Source: Pristiophorus japonicus
Taxonomy: Eukaryota
Assembly (NCBI RefSeq): GCF_044704955.1
Contig: NC_091986.1
Location: forward strand, 90,706,001 to 90,770,000
Length of the DNA stretch: 64,000 nt
Direction of reading: 5' to 3'
Of the stretch, positions 24,820-39,150 are shown in pieces. Each line of letters opens with the position of its first letter. The first letter of the stretch is position 1. The notes under the pieces were generated by a model. The model was not told the origin of the DNA. It did no database searches and saw only the letters and a list, made by a program, of their open reading frames with translations. Position numbers and translations under genes: made by a program.

Positions 24820-26170
24820 CCAGAAGACGTCGGAAGACAGCAGGAGGTCGGAGGACAGCGGGGGCCCGGAGGTCGGAGGGCTCTACCAGAGGGAACGGCT
24901 AACCTGGGAGAGAGTAATCTTTTTAATAGGGACTAGGGCATCAAAGATGGTGGTGAGGGGTGTGGTTGAGCAGGTCGGTGGCTGCAGAAATGTCATTGTT
25001 AAAAGACGGCCAAAGTTTTGAGTTGATAAGTGTAGTTGTAAGAGAGTTTGGAGAGAGATTTTCCAGGGGCGGATGCAGAAGGAAGTAGGTTTGGTTTGGG
25101 GAAGGGGATGTGGATCGAGAGCAATACAAGGAAATGGTCAGAGATGGCTTTATCTTTAATTGACACGGTTGGAATAGCAAGGCCACGAGAGATTGCAAGG
25201 TCAAGGGGGTGGCTGTGAATATGGGTTGAGGAATTTACATGGATGGAGAGGTTAAGGGAAGACAGGGGGGTAATGAACTCAGAGGAGCGAGAGCATGATG
25301 AATTGAGATGGAGGTTGAAGTCACCGAGGATGAGAAGCCGCTCAGTGCATAGGCTGAGGGAGGAAAGCACTGAGGATATATCCACGATAAAATTTTTATC
25401 ATACTTGGGTGGATGGTAGCGAATGAGAATTTTGAATGAGATGTGAGAGGGGTGGAATAAGGTGAGATGTTCAAAAGATGAGAAAGTGCTGGAGGAGTAG
25501 GGGGACAGACCAAGGTGTGATTTGGTGATGAGCGCTATATCGCCACTATGGCGGTCTGGCGGGGCAAGTGGTGGAAGTTATAAGCAGATGGAGAGGCTTC
25601 GATTAAAGTTAAAGTGTCATTATCCCTCAGCCAAGTTACCGTTAGTGCCATGATGTGGATGCATCATGGATGGCAAGGGCCTTGTTTGCAAGTGAACAGA
25701 CATTCTACAAGGAGATTTTGAGGATCCGTGATGGCTGATCTACTGCCAGCATACACATGGTCATTGCTTGGAGGGGTGAGTTGGACGGGGTGAGATTTGC
25801 AAGGTTAGGCCTCCCAGGGCAAGCTGGGCAGTAAGGTCGGCGAGAGAGTAGGATGGGACAGTTGAGGTTGCTGCTTGTGAGGAGACAGTGACGAGTGCCA
25901 CGATGGGCCCTTCGGAGAATGCCAAGAGAGGCACACAGGGAAGCTACAAGTTTGTCTAAAAGGGAGTCAAGTCTGGGACGGCGGCAAGAGAGTAGGAAGG
26001 TTGTAGATTAATGTTGGTGTGGGGATTTTGGATGACAGAGTATACGAGAGAGGAGAAATGAGAGGCAGCATATCGATATTAGATACTGACCAGGGAGGAA
26101 AGAGAGAAAAAGCAGGAGAAGGAGGTGTAAATAGAAATCAATGGCTCGGGTCAGAAGTGGCAGCCAAAAT
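24820..26170 (-). mobile_element. L2 LINE 5' portion (endonuclease)
   Basis: ORF 24999..25385 LLILGDFNLHLN...THIHSHPLDL...ISDHFLV contains L2 AP-endonuclease motifs. Confidence 0.8.
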
Positions 26171-26469
26171 GCGCACACAAATAGACACAGGCGAAAAATT
26201 AAAAAAGAAATTCAATTTACATGGTAAATACTACAACAAGGCTTGTACAATAGTGGAATCAAGATTAATTATATTAAAACAAAATTAAATAATATGTAGA
26301 ATAATTATTAATGAAATTGAAATCAGAAAATCAGTGATTGATAGGTAAGGATATCAAAGAATATGGAGCAAAGCTGAGTAAATGGAGTTGAGGTACAGAT
26401 CAGCCACACGCTAATTGAATGGCAGAATAGACTCGAGGGGCTAAATGGCCTACTCCTGTTCCTATGTCT

Positions 26470-27260
26470 GAAATCAAGTCGATGATGAGTCTAAACTTCA
26501 TTCAACTGAACATCAAGAAGATTGAAGCAATTATTTTCAACCCACCTTGCTACTCCTCTATTTCCCTTCACATGCATCCAAAACTTTGCCACCCTATTTG
26601 ACACACAGTTGAACTTCACGCACTGGATTCTATACATCACCAAGACTGCTTACTTCTATCTCCACAACATTGTCTGCCTCCATTCCTACTTCATTTCCAA
26701 TGCCACTGAAACCTTTATCCACATGATTGTAACCTAAATATGCTCCTTGCCAGTGCCAGAGTCCTATCTTTCACCTTCAATAAATTCCAACTTGTTCAAA
26801 ACTCGCCCTATATCTTGTCCTACAGTAAGTCCTGCTTGTGCATCACCCTCTCCTCATTGGCCTACATTGACTCTAAACTGCCTTCAAATCTCTGTACACT
26901 GACCCTATATCTGTAACTTCCTTCAGCTTTGTATCCCTTCCCTACATTTCAGAACTCCAACTTTGGCTTTTGTGCGTCCCCACATCCTTTACTCTACACT
27001 TGCAGTGGAGCCATCAGCCACCGTGACCCTACTCTATGGAATTCTATCCCTAAATCCCTCTTTCTCTCTACTTCTCTTTTAACAACCTTCTCAAAACCTA
27101 AATTTCAGTAAAAGCCGTCAGTCACCTTTCCTCGTTCTTCCACCACAACTCTGCATTCTTTCTTTTATCCCTTTTATCTATTTTAATTTTTTTATCCCCT
27201 ATAAAGCGCCTTCAGACATACTCTACCTTAAAAATACTCTAAGTGTAGGTTGATGTTTCT
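26470..27260 (+). mobile_element. Old L2 3' fragment (preceded by a CR1 3' tail at about 26330-26468)
   Basis: ITKTAYFYLHNI...ETFIHMIVT and PTLWNSIP are L2 ORF2 C-terminal motifs. Confidence 0.7.
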
Positions 27261-27469
27261 ACCATCTTAAATCACAATTTAGCAAATAAATTGCTGATTG
27301 CAGCAGATTTAATTTTAATATTTTTTTATTATGTGAATTCTTCTTCACGGCAAAGATTAAGAGATGACCAACACTTTCTGTTTCTGTTATTATGTCAATG
27401 CCAGAGTGTGTTTCATCAGCAATCAACTGTTCTTTTCTTTAGTAAATTTCCTGTGATCAGCCGCTAGCG

Positions 27470-28440
27470 TTAAACAACTGTTTACAATATACATAGAGGG
27501 GACAGAGTGTAGTGTAACAAAATTTGCAGATGACACAAAGATTAGTGGGAAAGCGGGTTGTGTAGAGGACACCGAGAGGCTGCAAAGATATTTAGATAGG
27601 TTAAGCGAATGGGCTAAGGTTTGGCAGATGGAATACAATGTCAGAAAATGTGAGGTCATCCACCTTGGGAAAAAAAACAGTAAAAGGGAATATTATTTGA
27701 ATGGGGAGAAATTACAACATGCTGCGGTGCAGAGGGACCTGGGGGTCCTTGTGCATGAATCCCAAAAAGTTAGTTTGCAGGTGCAGCAGGTAATCAGGAA
27801 GGCGAATGGAATGTTGGCCTTCATTGCGAGAGGGATGGAGTACAATAGCAGGGAGGTCCTGCTGCAACTGTACAGGGTATTGGTGAGGCCGCACCTGGAG
27901 TACTGCGTGCAGTTTTGGTCACCTTACTTAAGGAAGGATATACTAGCTTTGGAGGGGGTACAGAGACGATTCACTAGGCTGATTCCGGAGATGAGGGGGT
28001 TACCTTATGATGATAGATTGAGTAGACTCATTGGAGTTCAGAAGGATGAGGGGTGATCTTATGGAAACATTTAAAATAATGAAAGGGATAGACAAGATAG
28101 AGGCAGAGAGGTTGTTTCCACTGGTTGGGGAGACTAGAACTAGGGGGCACAGCCTCAAAATATGGGGGAGCCAATTTAAAACCGAGTTGAGAAGGAATTT
28201 CTTCTCCCAGAGGGTTGTGAATCTGGAATTCTCTGCCCAAGGAAGCAGTTGAGGCTAGCTCATTGAATGTATTCAAATCACAGATAGATAGATTTTTAAC
28301 CAATAAGGGAATTAAGAGTTATGGGGAGCGGGCGGGTAAGTGGAGCTGAGTCCACGGCCAGATCAGCCATGATCTTGTTGAGTGGCGGAGCAGGCTCGAG
28401 GGGCTAGATGACCTACTCCTGTTCCTAATTCTTATAAATC
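27470..28440 (+). mobile_element. 5'-truncated CR1 LINE
   Basis: ORFs 27628..28056 and 28031..28252 ([13 protein letters not shown]); 3' UTR and tail. Confidence 0.9.
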
Positions 28441-29623
28441 TTATAAAGCATGAGAGCTAAGTCACCAGAACAGCAAGTCTATAATATATATTCTTTTAGT
28501 TATTTAATGTCAACATTCAATTTTTGACACACAGGCGCTTATAATCAATCCTCTACTACCAAAAGTTCCGCCATTCATTTCCCTGTCTCTTACTACTATC
28601 AAATTTGAGTATCCTTAGTTTGCACTCTAAATGGTCAAATGAGATAAGAATTGCAACTTAGGAAAGTAAGGTATACTGTGTTACTAGATTGCAATATGGT
28701 ATCATTAGGTTTATTTCATGCTGTGACCATGATTTTCATTGATGTGTTTGTGTGTGTGTATTTTTTTTCTGAGACTAGCTAGATAACTTTGTTAGATGGG
28801 GAGCTGTGAACAGCAGCATTTTTATAGGTAGTTGGATGCTTATTGTTTAGCTGATCTAAATTTCAGTGGCTGTGGAAACCATTTCTGGAGTGCTTTTTAC
28901 AATGAAATAAACTTGAACTGGTGGACAATTCTTCTCTTCCTCTGGAGAACTTGTCATATTTCTGTTCTGTTTCCCTCAAGATTTGGTGTATGTACTGTTG
29001 AGAAGAGGGAGGGAGGAAGGATGGACATGAGATAAAGAGACTACTTTGTTGTATGTTTACAGGTGACAAATGTAGTCACTTAATTCGGTAATTTTGGTAA
29101 ATTGAACATTAAAATAAATTCTTAGTTCTAAAAATTAAGTACAGTATATTCATCTCTCCGCCAACACCTTCAAAAATATCTTAACTAATCATTCATTTCA
29201 TTGGTGATTGTGTGCACATATTGGCTGCTGCTCTTGCTTACGTAAAAATAATGACTTCACTTCAAGAGTAATTTAAGATATTTCTCAGAGCTGTGCTAAA
29301 GCAGTGTAAAGGCAAATATATTTAGTTATTCTGAGGAATCTCCTTATTTAATAAATGCTCTGACAAAATAGTTGTAATTGGAGAAGTTATTGTCAGACCC
29401 ACAAAATGTGCATAACCAAAATCCTGGTTTCTCATTTTGTTGGAATATGTCCCACAGCAATATACAGAACCAAAATAGACCATTGCGGTCCATCTGGCTA
29501 GTTCCAGATAAATGTTACCACAATGTCATTAGTCAAAAAATTCTTATAGACTAAAATTAAACCAGATTCATTTAAATTTGAATGATTACTTAAATCTTAC
29601 TTTTCCTCTCTGTCTTTTCACAG

Positions 29624-29718
29624 ATGGTTCAGGCAGCTTAATGAGAATTTTCATATGAGAGGCTGTTCCTATGTTCTGTACAAACCCCACGGGAAAAATA
29701 GAACAGCTGGAGAAACTG
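29624..29718 (+). CDS. BIVM: BIVM coding exon: (R)[31 protein letters not shown](A)
   Basis: Pyrimidine tract + CAG acceptor, GTATAT donor, phase 2/1; BIVM peptide. Confidence 0.95.
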
Positions 29719-30179
29719 GTATATGAAACACACTATTCCTGTATTAAAACATTAGTTAGTCTGTGAGTGACTGCTTGACTATCTTTAAGTTTTAAAATGT
29801 GTATATATTTATGTTACGCAAAATCTGTAAAATTGATCACTTTTTTTAGTTGGAGGTGATTTTTCATCAAAGCAAGGGATATTGATCTGGCAAATGCAAC
29901 ATTTTTCACTTTCTACCCTGTGTGAGTCTGAGGTGAGGCATAGTATGGGTTTGATGTGGATTTAAATTCATTCTATATTGTTCTAACAATTTATCTTGAT
30001 AACACTGCACAGAAGACAATTCACGGCTGTACCAGCATGTTATTTTCAACACCAGCTGTCTTTGTGCCCTTGGAGTCACACTACCATTTGGTGTTTGTGA
30101 ATTGTGAGCAATTTTGTACTGTTGACTCCTGCCACCTAGGGGCTGTCTTAACATTATTCACACTTTCTTCTTGCCAATT

Positions 30180-33100
30180 TATCTTCTCTCTTCTGAATGT
30201 GTTGAGCTCTGCTGGGTACAGTTCCATGCGCACCATTCAGTGTCTTGCCTAACTGCCGATTATTCATATGTGAGCTTTGACAGTGTGGGGGATGTCACAG
30301 CCAAGCATGATCTTGCTCTCACACAAGTGCACTTGGAAACATAGAAACATAGAAAATAGGTGCAGGATAGGCCATTCGGCCCTTCGAGCTTGCACCGCCA
30401 TTCAATGAGTTCATGGCTGAAAATGCAACTTCAGTACCCCATTCCTGCTTTCTCACCATACCCCTTGATCCCCCTTGTAGTAAGGACTACATCTAACTCC
30501 TTTTTGAATATATTTAGTGAATTGGCATCAACAACTTTCTGTGGTAGAGAATTCCACAGGTTCACCACTCTCTGGGTGAAGAAGTTTCTCCTCATCTCGG
30601 TCCTAAATGGTTTACCCCTTATCCTTAGATTGTGACCCCTGGTTCTGGACTTCCCCAACATTGGGAACATTCTTCCTGCATCTAACCTGTCTAAACCCAT
30701 CAGAATTTTAAACGTTTCTATGAGATCCCCCCTCATTCTTCTGAACTCCAGTGAATACAAGCCCAGTTGATCCAGTCTTTCTTGATATGTCAGTCCCGCC
30801 ATCCCGGGAATCAGTCTGGTGAACCTTCGCTGCGCTCCCTCAATAGCAAGAATGTCCTTCCTCAAGTTAGGAGACCAAAACTGTACACAATACTCCAGGT
30901 GTAGCCTCACCAGGGCCCTGTACAACTGTAGTAACACCTCCCTGCCCCTGTACTCAAATCCCCTCGCTATGAAGGCCAACATGCCATTTGCTTTCTTAAC
31001 CACCTGCTGTACCTGCATGCCAACCTTCAATGACTGATGTACCATGACACCCAGGTCTCGTTGCACCTCCCCTTTTCCTAATCTGTCACCATTCAGATAA
31101 TAGTCTGTCTCTCTGTTTTTACCACCAAAGTGGATAACCTCACATTTATCCACATTATACTTCATCTGCCATGCATTTGCCCACTCACCTAACCTATCCA
31201 AGTCACTCTGCAACCTCATAGCATCCTCCTCGCAGCTCTCACTGCCACCCAACTTAGTGTCATCCACAAATTTGGAGATACTACATTTAATCCCCTCATC
31301 TAAATCATTAATGTACAATGTAAACAGCTGGGGCCCCAGCACAGAACCTTGCGGTACCCCACTAGTCACTGCCTGCCATTCTGAAAAGTACCCATTTACT
31401 CCTACTCTTTGCTTCCTGTCTGCCAACCAGTTCTCAATCCACGTCAGCACACTACCCCCAATCCCATGTGCTTTTAACTCTTGTGTGGGACCTTGTCGAA
31501 AGCCTTCTGAAAGTCCAAATACACCACATCAACTGGTTCTCCCTTGTCCACTCTACTGGAAACATCCTCAAAAAATTCCAGAAGATTTATCAAGCATGAT
31601 TTCCCTTTCACAAATCCATGCTGACTTGGACCTATCATGTCACCTCTTTCCAAATGCGCTGCTATGACATCCTTAATAATTGATTCCATCATTTTACCCA
31701 CTACTGATGTCAGGCTGACCGGTCTATAATTCCCTGTTTTCTCTCTCCCTCCTTTTTTAAAAAGTGGGGTTACATTGGCTAACCTCCACTCCATAGGAAC
31801 TGATCCAGAATCTAATGAATGTTGAAAATTGACTGACAATGCATCCGCTACTTCCAAGGCCACCTCCTTAAGTACTCTGGGATGCAGTCCATCAGGACCT
31901 GGGAATTTATCGGCCTTCAATCCCATCAATTTCCCCAACACAATTTCCCGACTAATAAGGATTTCCCTCAGTTCCTCCTTCTTACTAGACCCTCTGACCC
32001 CTTTTATATCCGGAAGGTTGTTTGTGTCCTCCTTCGTGAATACCGAACCAAAGTACTTGTTCAATTGGTCTGCCATTTCTTTGTTCCCCGTTATGACTTT
32101 CCCTGATTCTGACTGCAGGGGACCTACATTTGTCTTTACTAACCTTTTTCTCTTTACATATCTATAGAAACTTTTGCAGTCCGTCTTAATGTTCCCTGCA
32201 AACTTCCTCTCGTACTCCATTTTCCCTGCCCTAATCAAACCCTTTGTCCTCCTCTGCTGAGTTCTAAATTTCTCCCAGTCCCCGGGTTCACTACTATTTC
32301 TGGCCAATTTGTATGCCACTTCCTTGGCTTTAATACTATTCCTGATTTCCCTTGATAGCCACGGTTGAGCCACCTTCCCTTTTTTATTTTTACGCCAGAC
32401 AGGGATGTACAATTGTTGTAGTTCGTCCATGCGGTCTCTAAATGTCTGCCATTGCCCATCCACAGTCAACCTCTTAAGTATCATTCGCCAATCTATCCTA
32501 GCCAATTCACGCCTCATACCTTCAAAGTTACCCTTCTTTAAGTTCTGGACCATGGTCTCTGAATTAACTGTTTCATTCTCCATCCTAATGTAGAATTCCA
32601 CCATATTATGGTCACTCTTCCCCAAGGGGCCTCGCACAACGAGATTGCTAATGAATCCTCTCTCATTACACAACACCCAGTCTAAGATGGCCTCCCCCCT
32701 AGTTGGTTCCTCGACATATTGATTTAGAAAACCGTCCCTTATGCACTCCAGGAAATCCTCCTCCACCGTATTGCTTCCAGTTTGGTTAGCCCAATCTATA
32801 TGCATATTACAGTCACCCATGATAACTGTACCTTTATTGCATGCACGCCTAATTTCCTGTTTGATGCCCTCCCCAACATCACTACTACTGTTTGGAGGTC
32901 TGTACACAACTCCCACTAACGCTTTTTGCCCTTTGGTGTTCTGCAGCTCTACCCATATAGATTCCACATCATCCAAGCTAATGTCCTTCCTAACTATTGC
33001 ATTAATCTACACTTTAACCAGCAATGCTACCCCATCTCCTTTTCCTTTTATTCTATCCTTCCTGAATGTTAGTTATTGGGGATCAGGAGTGGGAACTCGG

Positions 33101-33190
33101 ACTTTTTTTTTGCCTCTCCTTCCCCAAGCCAGGATGCTGGGGGGAAATCCTTTGCATCACCCCAGCTGACCTGATATTTGCAAATTTTAG
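30180..33190 (-). mobile_element. tRNA-head SINE split into 30180-30335 and 33070-33190 by a CR1
   Basis: The two halves join into the same SINE family as 1710-2080. Confidence 0.5.
30336..33068 (-). mobile_element. CR1 LINE ORF2 (EN+RT; 500-aa and 339-aa ORFs separated by a small deletion)
   Basis: ORFs 31474..32976 and 30431..31450; tail at 30336. Confidence 0.95.
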
Positions 33191-33323
33191 ATATGACCAG
33201 TTTTGAAGACTGACAAAAATCTATTAATCATCATCATAGGCAGTCCCTCGACATTGAGGAAGACTTGCTTCCACTCTAAAAGTGAGTTCTCGGGTGGCTG
33301 TACAGTCCAATGCGGGAATTATA

Positions 33324-34605
33324 GGACTAGGCTTTCCACTTCACATCGCCCATATATGGCCCATATATGGCCCAAAACGGACCTCTATCGCCCATTTTGA
33401 GCAAAAAGTGGAAACTAGGCCCAAAATATCACCCGAAAAACAGGTGCCTAATTCGTAGATCAAGAGTACATCAAAATTATTGAATTATAATTGCATAACA
33501 TTACATGCGTAACTATGATATTTTTAGTATGTATTTAGTAATATTTGACACATTGAACAGTTCCCATTACTCACGAGACTCAAGGGTGGGCTTGGCCACA
33601 CCACGGGTCGTGACCGAACAGCTTTCAGGCCCCACCAAGGCCACCGCAAGATTCTCGGATTGAGTTAACACGTGCACCGTTGCGGAGCCACCGCTTGTCC
33701 TCCTTTGCTCTGCACGGTTGATAATTAGCTTCTTCTGTAAATGATAAGATAACATTGCACGGCATAAGCTAATGGACTTGACAGTAAACATTTAAGACTG
33801 ACAGATTAAAATGTTGAATTATTAATTAACATTGCAGTGCATATGAATAATTTTTAATACTATAAGATTCAACTTGGGGTGAATAAATTTATTTATAATT
33901 TAAATATTTCATATTATAAATAAATGACTGAAGATTCTAATTAAAATTTATAAACATCAAGTAAAGAATTCATATGTATGATTTTAAATATGACTTTTAA
34001 ATATGATTTTAAATATGGAATATAAAATGCAACTTACTCTGGATGCTGCCAGCAGGCTTGTTCCATCTCTTGCGGCAATGGTCAGCAATCCGCAACTCAT
34101 TAGATGCCGATATCACAACTTCGGCAATCTCGACCCATATTCTGCGATATGCATGGAGTGGAGGTTTCCCATGCCCACCCGTGTCAAGTCCTCCCACCTA
34201 GTAATTACTACATTTACAAGGGCCTCGCTGACCTCCTCGCTAAAGGCTTTGGCCCTTCTCCTTTCACTCTCCCTTTCCTTTTCCAGCTGCATCGACATTG
34301 TTTTAAGATATTAGATTAGTCAGAATTGTAAGATTTCTCAGTTTCTATCCACAGAGCAAACAAACAATCCTCTCTCCTCTCTCCGACCCGCCCTGTGCTT
34401 CTGAGTATGTGTGATGACCCCTGACCTCTTCAAACACGGCAAAAAAAACCCCAAAAAATCCCACATATGCGCACAATAGCGTTGCTAGGGAAGCTTTTTT
34501 TTTTCTATGACTTCCGTTTGACTTCCATTTTCTTTGGGTGATCGTGAGATCGCTGGAACATGGCCTATTTTTGGGGCCTTAGCCACCTAGTGGAAAGTCT
34601 AGCCC
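33324..34605 (-). mobile_element. Non-autonomous Harbinger derivative carrying only a Myb/SANT gene remnant
   Basis: TIRs GG(A/G)CTAG(G/A)CTTTCCACT; the host RTE rejoins across it with a TA duplication; minus-strand RAKAFSEEVSEALVNVVITRW...IWVEIAE...CRKRWN, then an exon KKLIINRAEQRRTSGG. Confidence 0.8.
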
Positions 34606-36327
34606 TAGTCTCTAACAGGTGGGGCAGACGGTGGTTGAAGGAAAGGGTGGGTGGGGAGCCTGGTTTTCCGCACACTCCTTCCGCTGTCTGCGCTTGGTTT
34701 CTGCATTCGCTCGGTGACAAGACTCGAGGTGCTCAGCGCCCTCCCGGATGCTCTTCCTCCACTTTGGGTGGTCTTGGGCCAGAGATTCCCAGGTGCCAGT
34801 GAGGATGTTACACTTTTATCAAGGAGGCTCTGAGGGTGTTCTTGAAGCATTTCCTCTGCCCACCTGGGGCTCGCTTGCTGTGTAGGAGTTCCGAGTAGAG
34901 CACTTAGGGAGTCTCGTGTTGGGCATGCAGACAATGTGGCCCGCCCAACGGAGCTGGTCAAGTGTGGTCAGTGCTTCAATGCTGGGGATGTTGGCCTGAG
35001 CGAGAACACTGACGATGGTGTGTCTATCCTCCCAGTGGATTTGCAGGATCTTGTGGAGGCAGCGCTGGTGGTACTTCTCCAGCGCTTTGAGGTGCCTGCT
35101 GAATATAATCCACGTCTCCAAGCCATATAGGAGGGCAGGTATCACTACTGCCCTGTAGACTATAAGCTTGGTGCCAGATTTGAGGTCCTGGTCTTCAAAC
35201 ATTCATCCTCAGGGGACCGAAGGCTGCACTGGCACACTGGAGGCAGTGTTGGACCTCGTCATCAATGTCAATCCTTGCTGATAGTAGACTCGTAAGGTAT
35301 GGAAAATGGTCCATGTTGTCCAAGGCTGAGCCATGGATTTTGATGACCAGGGGGCAGTGCTGTGTGGCGGGGTCAGGTTGGTGGAGGACCTTTGTCTTAC
35401 GGTTGTTTAGCATAAGGCTCATGCTTTCGTACGCCTCGGTGAAGTTGTTGATGATGGCTTGGAGTTCGGCCTCTGCGTGTGCACAGACGCAAGCATCGCC
35501 CGCATACTGTAGTTCGATGACAGAGGATGGGTCGACCTTGGATCTAGCCTGGAGGCGACGAAGGTTGAACAGGTTCCCATTGGTTCTATAGTTTAGTTTC
35601 ACTCCAGCGGGGAGCTTGTTGATAGTGAGATGGAGCATTACAGCAAGGAAGATCGGGAAGAGCGTTGATGCGATGACACAGCCCTGCTTGACCCCAGTCT
35701 GGACGTGGATTGGGTCTATGGTGGATCCGTTGGTCAGAATCATGGCTTGTATGTTGTGGTGGAGCAGGCGGAGGATGGTGACAAACTTTTGGGAGCAGCT
35801 GAAAAGTGGAGGATGCTCCATAGTCCCTTACGGTTGACAGTGTCAAAGGTTTTTGTAAGGTCAAAGAAGGCTATGTACAAGGATTGGTGCTGTTCCCTGC
35901 ATTTCTCTTGTAGTTGTCGCACGGCGAAGATCATGTCTGTTGTACCTCTTAGTGGACGGAATCCGTATTGTGACTCTGGGAGGAGCTCTTCAGCCACAGG
36001 GAGAAGACAGTTGAGGAGGATTCTTGCGATGACTTTCCCAGTGGCCGACAGCAGGGAGATTCCTCTGTAGTTGCCGCAGTCGGACTTGTCCCCTTTTTTG
36101 AAGATGGTGACGATTACGGCATCTGGATCTCCTGGCATGCTCTCCTCCTTTCAGATAAGAGAGATGAGGTCATGCATTCATGCCAATAATGCTTCTCCGC
36201 CATACTTTAGTGCCTCAGCGGGGCGGATCTGCTCCTGATGCCTTGTTGTTCTTGAGCTGACTGATGACCTTTTCTACCTCGTGCAGGGCTAGGGTTTTGC
36301 TGAGATGGTAGTGGGTAGCATGCTGCG

Positions 36328-37218
36328 GGAGGATGCTATGAGGCTGCGGAGTGACTTGGATAGGTTAGGTGAGTGGGCAAATGAATGGCAGATGAAGTAT
36401 AATGTGGATAAATGTGAGGTTATCCACTTTGGTGGTAAAAACAGAGAGACAGACTATTATCTGAATGGTGACAGATTAGGAAAAGGGAAGGTGCAACGAG
36501 ACCTGGGTGTCATGGTACATCAGTCATTGAAGGTTGGCATGCAGGTACAGCAGGCGGTTAAGAAAGCAAATGGCATGTTGGCCTTCATAGCGAGGGGATT
36601 TGAGTACAGGGGCAGAGAGGTGTTGCTACAGTTGTACAGGGCCTTGGTGAGGCCATACCTGGAGTATTGTGTACAGTTTTGGTCTCCTAACTTGAGGAAG
36701 GACATTCTTGCTATTGAGGGAGCGCAGCGAAGATTCACCAGACTGATTCCCGGGATGGTGGGACTGACATATCAAGAAAGACTGGATCAACTGGGCTTGT
36801 ATTCACTGGAGTTCAGAAGAATGAGAGGGGACCTCATAGATACGTTTAAAATTCTGATGGGTTTAGACAGGTTAGATGCAGGAAGAATGTTCCCAATGTT
36901 GGGGAAGTCCAGAACCAGGGGTCACAGTCTAAGGATAAGGGGTAAGCCATTTAGGACCGAGATGAGGAGAAACTTCTTCACCCAGAGAGTGGTGAACCTG
37001 TGGAATTCTCTACCACAGAAAGTAGTTGAGGCCAATTCACTAAATATATTCAAAAGGGAGTTAGATGAAGTCCTTACTACTCGGGGGATCAAGGGGTATG
37101 GCGAGAAAGCAGGAAGGGGGTACTGAAGTTTCATGTTCAGCCATGAACTCATTGAATGGCGGTGCAGGCTAGAAGGGCAGAATGGCCTGCTCCTGCACCT
37201 ATTTTCTATGTTTCTATG
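36328..37218 (+). mobile_element. 5'-truncated CR1 inserted in the RTE
   Basis: ORF 36305..37126; tail TATTTTCTATGTTTCTATG. Confidence 0.95.
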
Positions 37219-38018
37219 CAATCAAGGACACTCGTGTCGAAGGCAGAGTCTCGGTTGAGGAGATATTCGAAGTGCACCTTCCAGCGGGCCTTGACTGCCT
37301 CAGTGTCCTTAATGAGTGCCTCTCCATTCTTGGCCAGCAGTGGGTTGGGGCCTTGGGTGCTTGGGCCGTAGGTGGCCTTGACTGCGGTGAAGAATCCTCA
37401 CACATCATGGTTGTCGGCCAGCTGCTGGATCTCCTGTGCTTTCTCCACCCACCATCTAATCTTTAAGTTGCGGGTTTTTTGCTGGACCTTGGCCTTCAGC
37501 CGCCTGTAGAACTGCTTTTCTCCTCCCGAGTTGGGTTGCTGCTTTAAATTCAGAAATGCCTTGCGCTTGTGGCTTATTCGCTCTGGATATCCTGGTCGTT
37601 CTCGTCAAACCAGTCTTGGTGTTTCCTGGTTGAATGACTGAGCGTCTCTTCGCAGGTGCTGGTTATTGAAGCCTTGAGGGCAGACCAAGAGCTCTGGGCT
37701 GCAGGTTGGTAGTGAGGTGCTGGCTGTATAGGGCTTTCTTAACTGGGTCTTTGAATGCCCCGCCGTTGATTTTTCTACGGCATTGTTTATGTTGTCGCCG
37801 CTGCTTTGGGCTATATTGACAATGACGGAGCGGATTAGGTAGTGGTCTGTCCAGCAGTTGTCATCTCCTGTCATGGTGCGGGTGATGCGCATGTCCTTGC
37901 GGTCCCTCGCTCGGACGATGACATATTCGAGCATGATAATGGTAAATGCTCAATTTGTGGCATGATGAATATGGGATCATGTAATGTAGTTGGATTTTAA
38001 TTTATATTTATGTTGCAG

Positions 38019-38151
38019 CTGAAGGAGCTTTAATGAAGTTAACTCAAGGACTGAAAGATGAGTCTATGGCCTTTATCTACCATTGCCAGAACCATTACTT
38101 CTGTCCTATTGGTTTTGAGGCGACCCCTTTAAAGGCATCCAAGGCATTTCG
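38019..38151 (+). CDS. BIVM: BIVM coding exon: (A)[43 protein letters not shown](R)
   Basis: TTGCAG acceptor, GTGAGT donor, phase 1/2; BIVM peptide. Confidence 0.95.
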
Positions 38152-38699
38152 GTGAGTATGTATAACTCTATAACTGCACTGCTTCTCCCTGGATAACTAT
38201 CAACGCTGATATTTAAATATAGATTTCAATGTTGGACTAGCAGAAAGAAAGCTCTAATTCGATTTAATTTTCATCATTAGAACTGGCGCAACAGTATAGC
38301 AATTCTGTCAAGAAAAAGTTAAATACCTGTATTGGCTTTTTCAATTGAAAAATTAATTGCAAGTAAGCTTCTCTAAAGGCAGATGTTTATAGAAAGCTCT
38401 AAAAACAGATTAGAAACATATTACTGTTAAAATAGACAAGTTTTAAAATATTGAGGGAATTGAATATGTAATAACTTAAATAGGTACCATGAATAATATA
38501 AAGAGGCATAGTTTTCAATTAATGGACTAATCAGCAAAAGATAAATGAACAAATTTGCAGGTATTGTGATTGTACAGAGAGTATCCTACTACTACAGTAC
38601 TAACATGTTAGACACCTGCAGTATGTGGAGGATGTTGTAGTGAAGAAGGTGGTTAGATTACTTTTTTGTATAATCTTTTTAAGCAACTAATTCCCATTT

Positions 38700-39150
38700 A
38701 AAATACATTATGGGCTCTGCTTCAATAACGGTTTGTGGCAGAGAATTCCACATTCTAACTTCTGTAAAGAAATGTTCCCACACCCCTCATTCTTTTTGTG
38801 CTTATCTCAAATTTGTGCCCTCTTGCTATAGCCTCTGCAACCAATGGAAATAATCTATCCTTATCTATCTTATCATAACTAAATCTTGAAGACCTTTTAT
38901 TAACCTTGTCACCAGTAGAGCTTCTCAATTCTCTCTTCAGAATTGTAACCTCTCATTCCTAGTAAAAACCTACTGAACCTTGCTGCACCTTTTCCGTTGC
39001 AATAATCGGATGCCCAAAACTCTGTACAGTTTATCAGTGGCCTAGCTAGGGTGTTGTACAAGTTCAGCATTACCCTCTTGCTTTTATTCTATGCCTCTAT
39101 ATGTAAAGCAAAGAATTATGTTTGCCTTGTTAAGGCCTTATCTATGTGCA
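38700..39150 (-). mobile_element. Old CR1 3' fragment
   Basis: TGTGGCAGAGAATTCCACA (LWNSLP on the minus strand) with degenerate flanks. Confidence 0.6.

Larger units (their letters stand above)
33226..37935 (-). mobile_element. RTE-clade LINE (EN end, RT, C-terminus, tail), interrupted twice
   Basis: WTDH (37605..37934); NYRGISLLS (35740..36138); GVKQGC and LQYAGD (35195..35821); (TCA)n tail at 33226; interrupted by 33324-34605 and 36328-37218. Confidence 0.9.
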
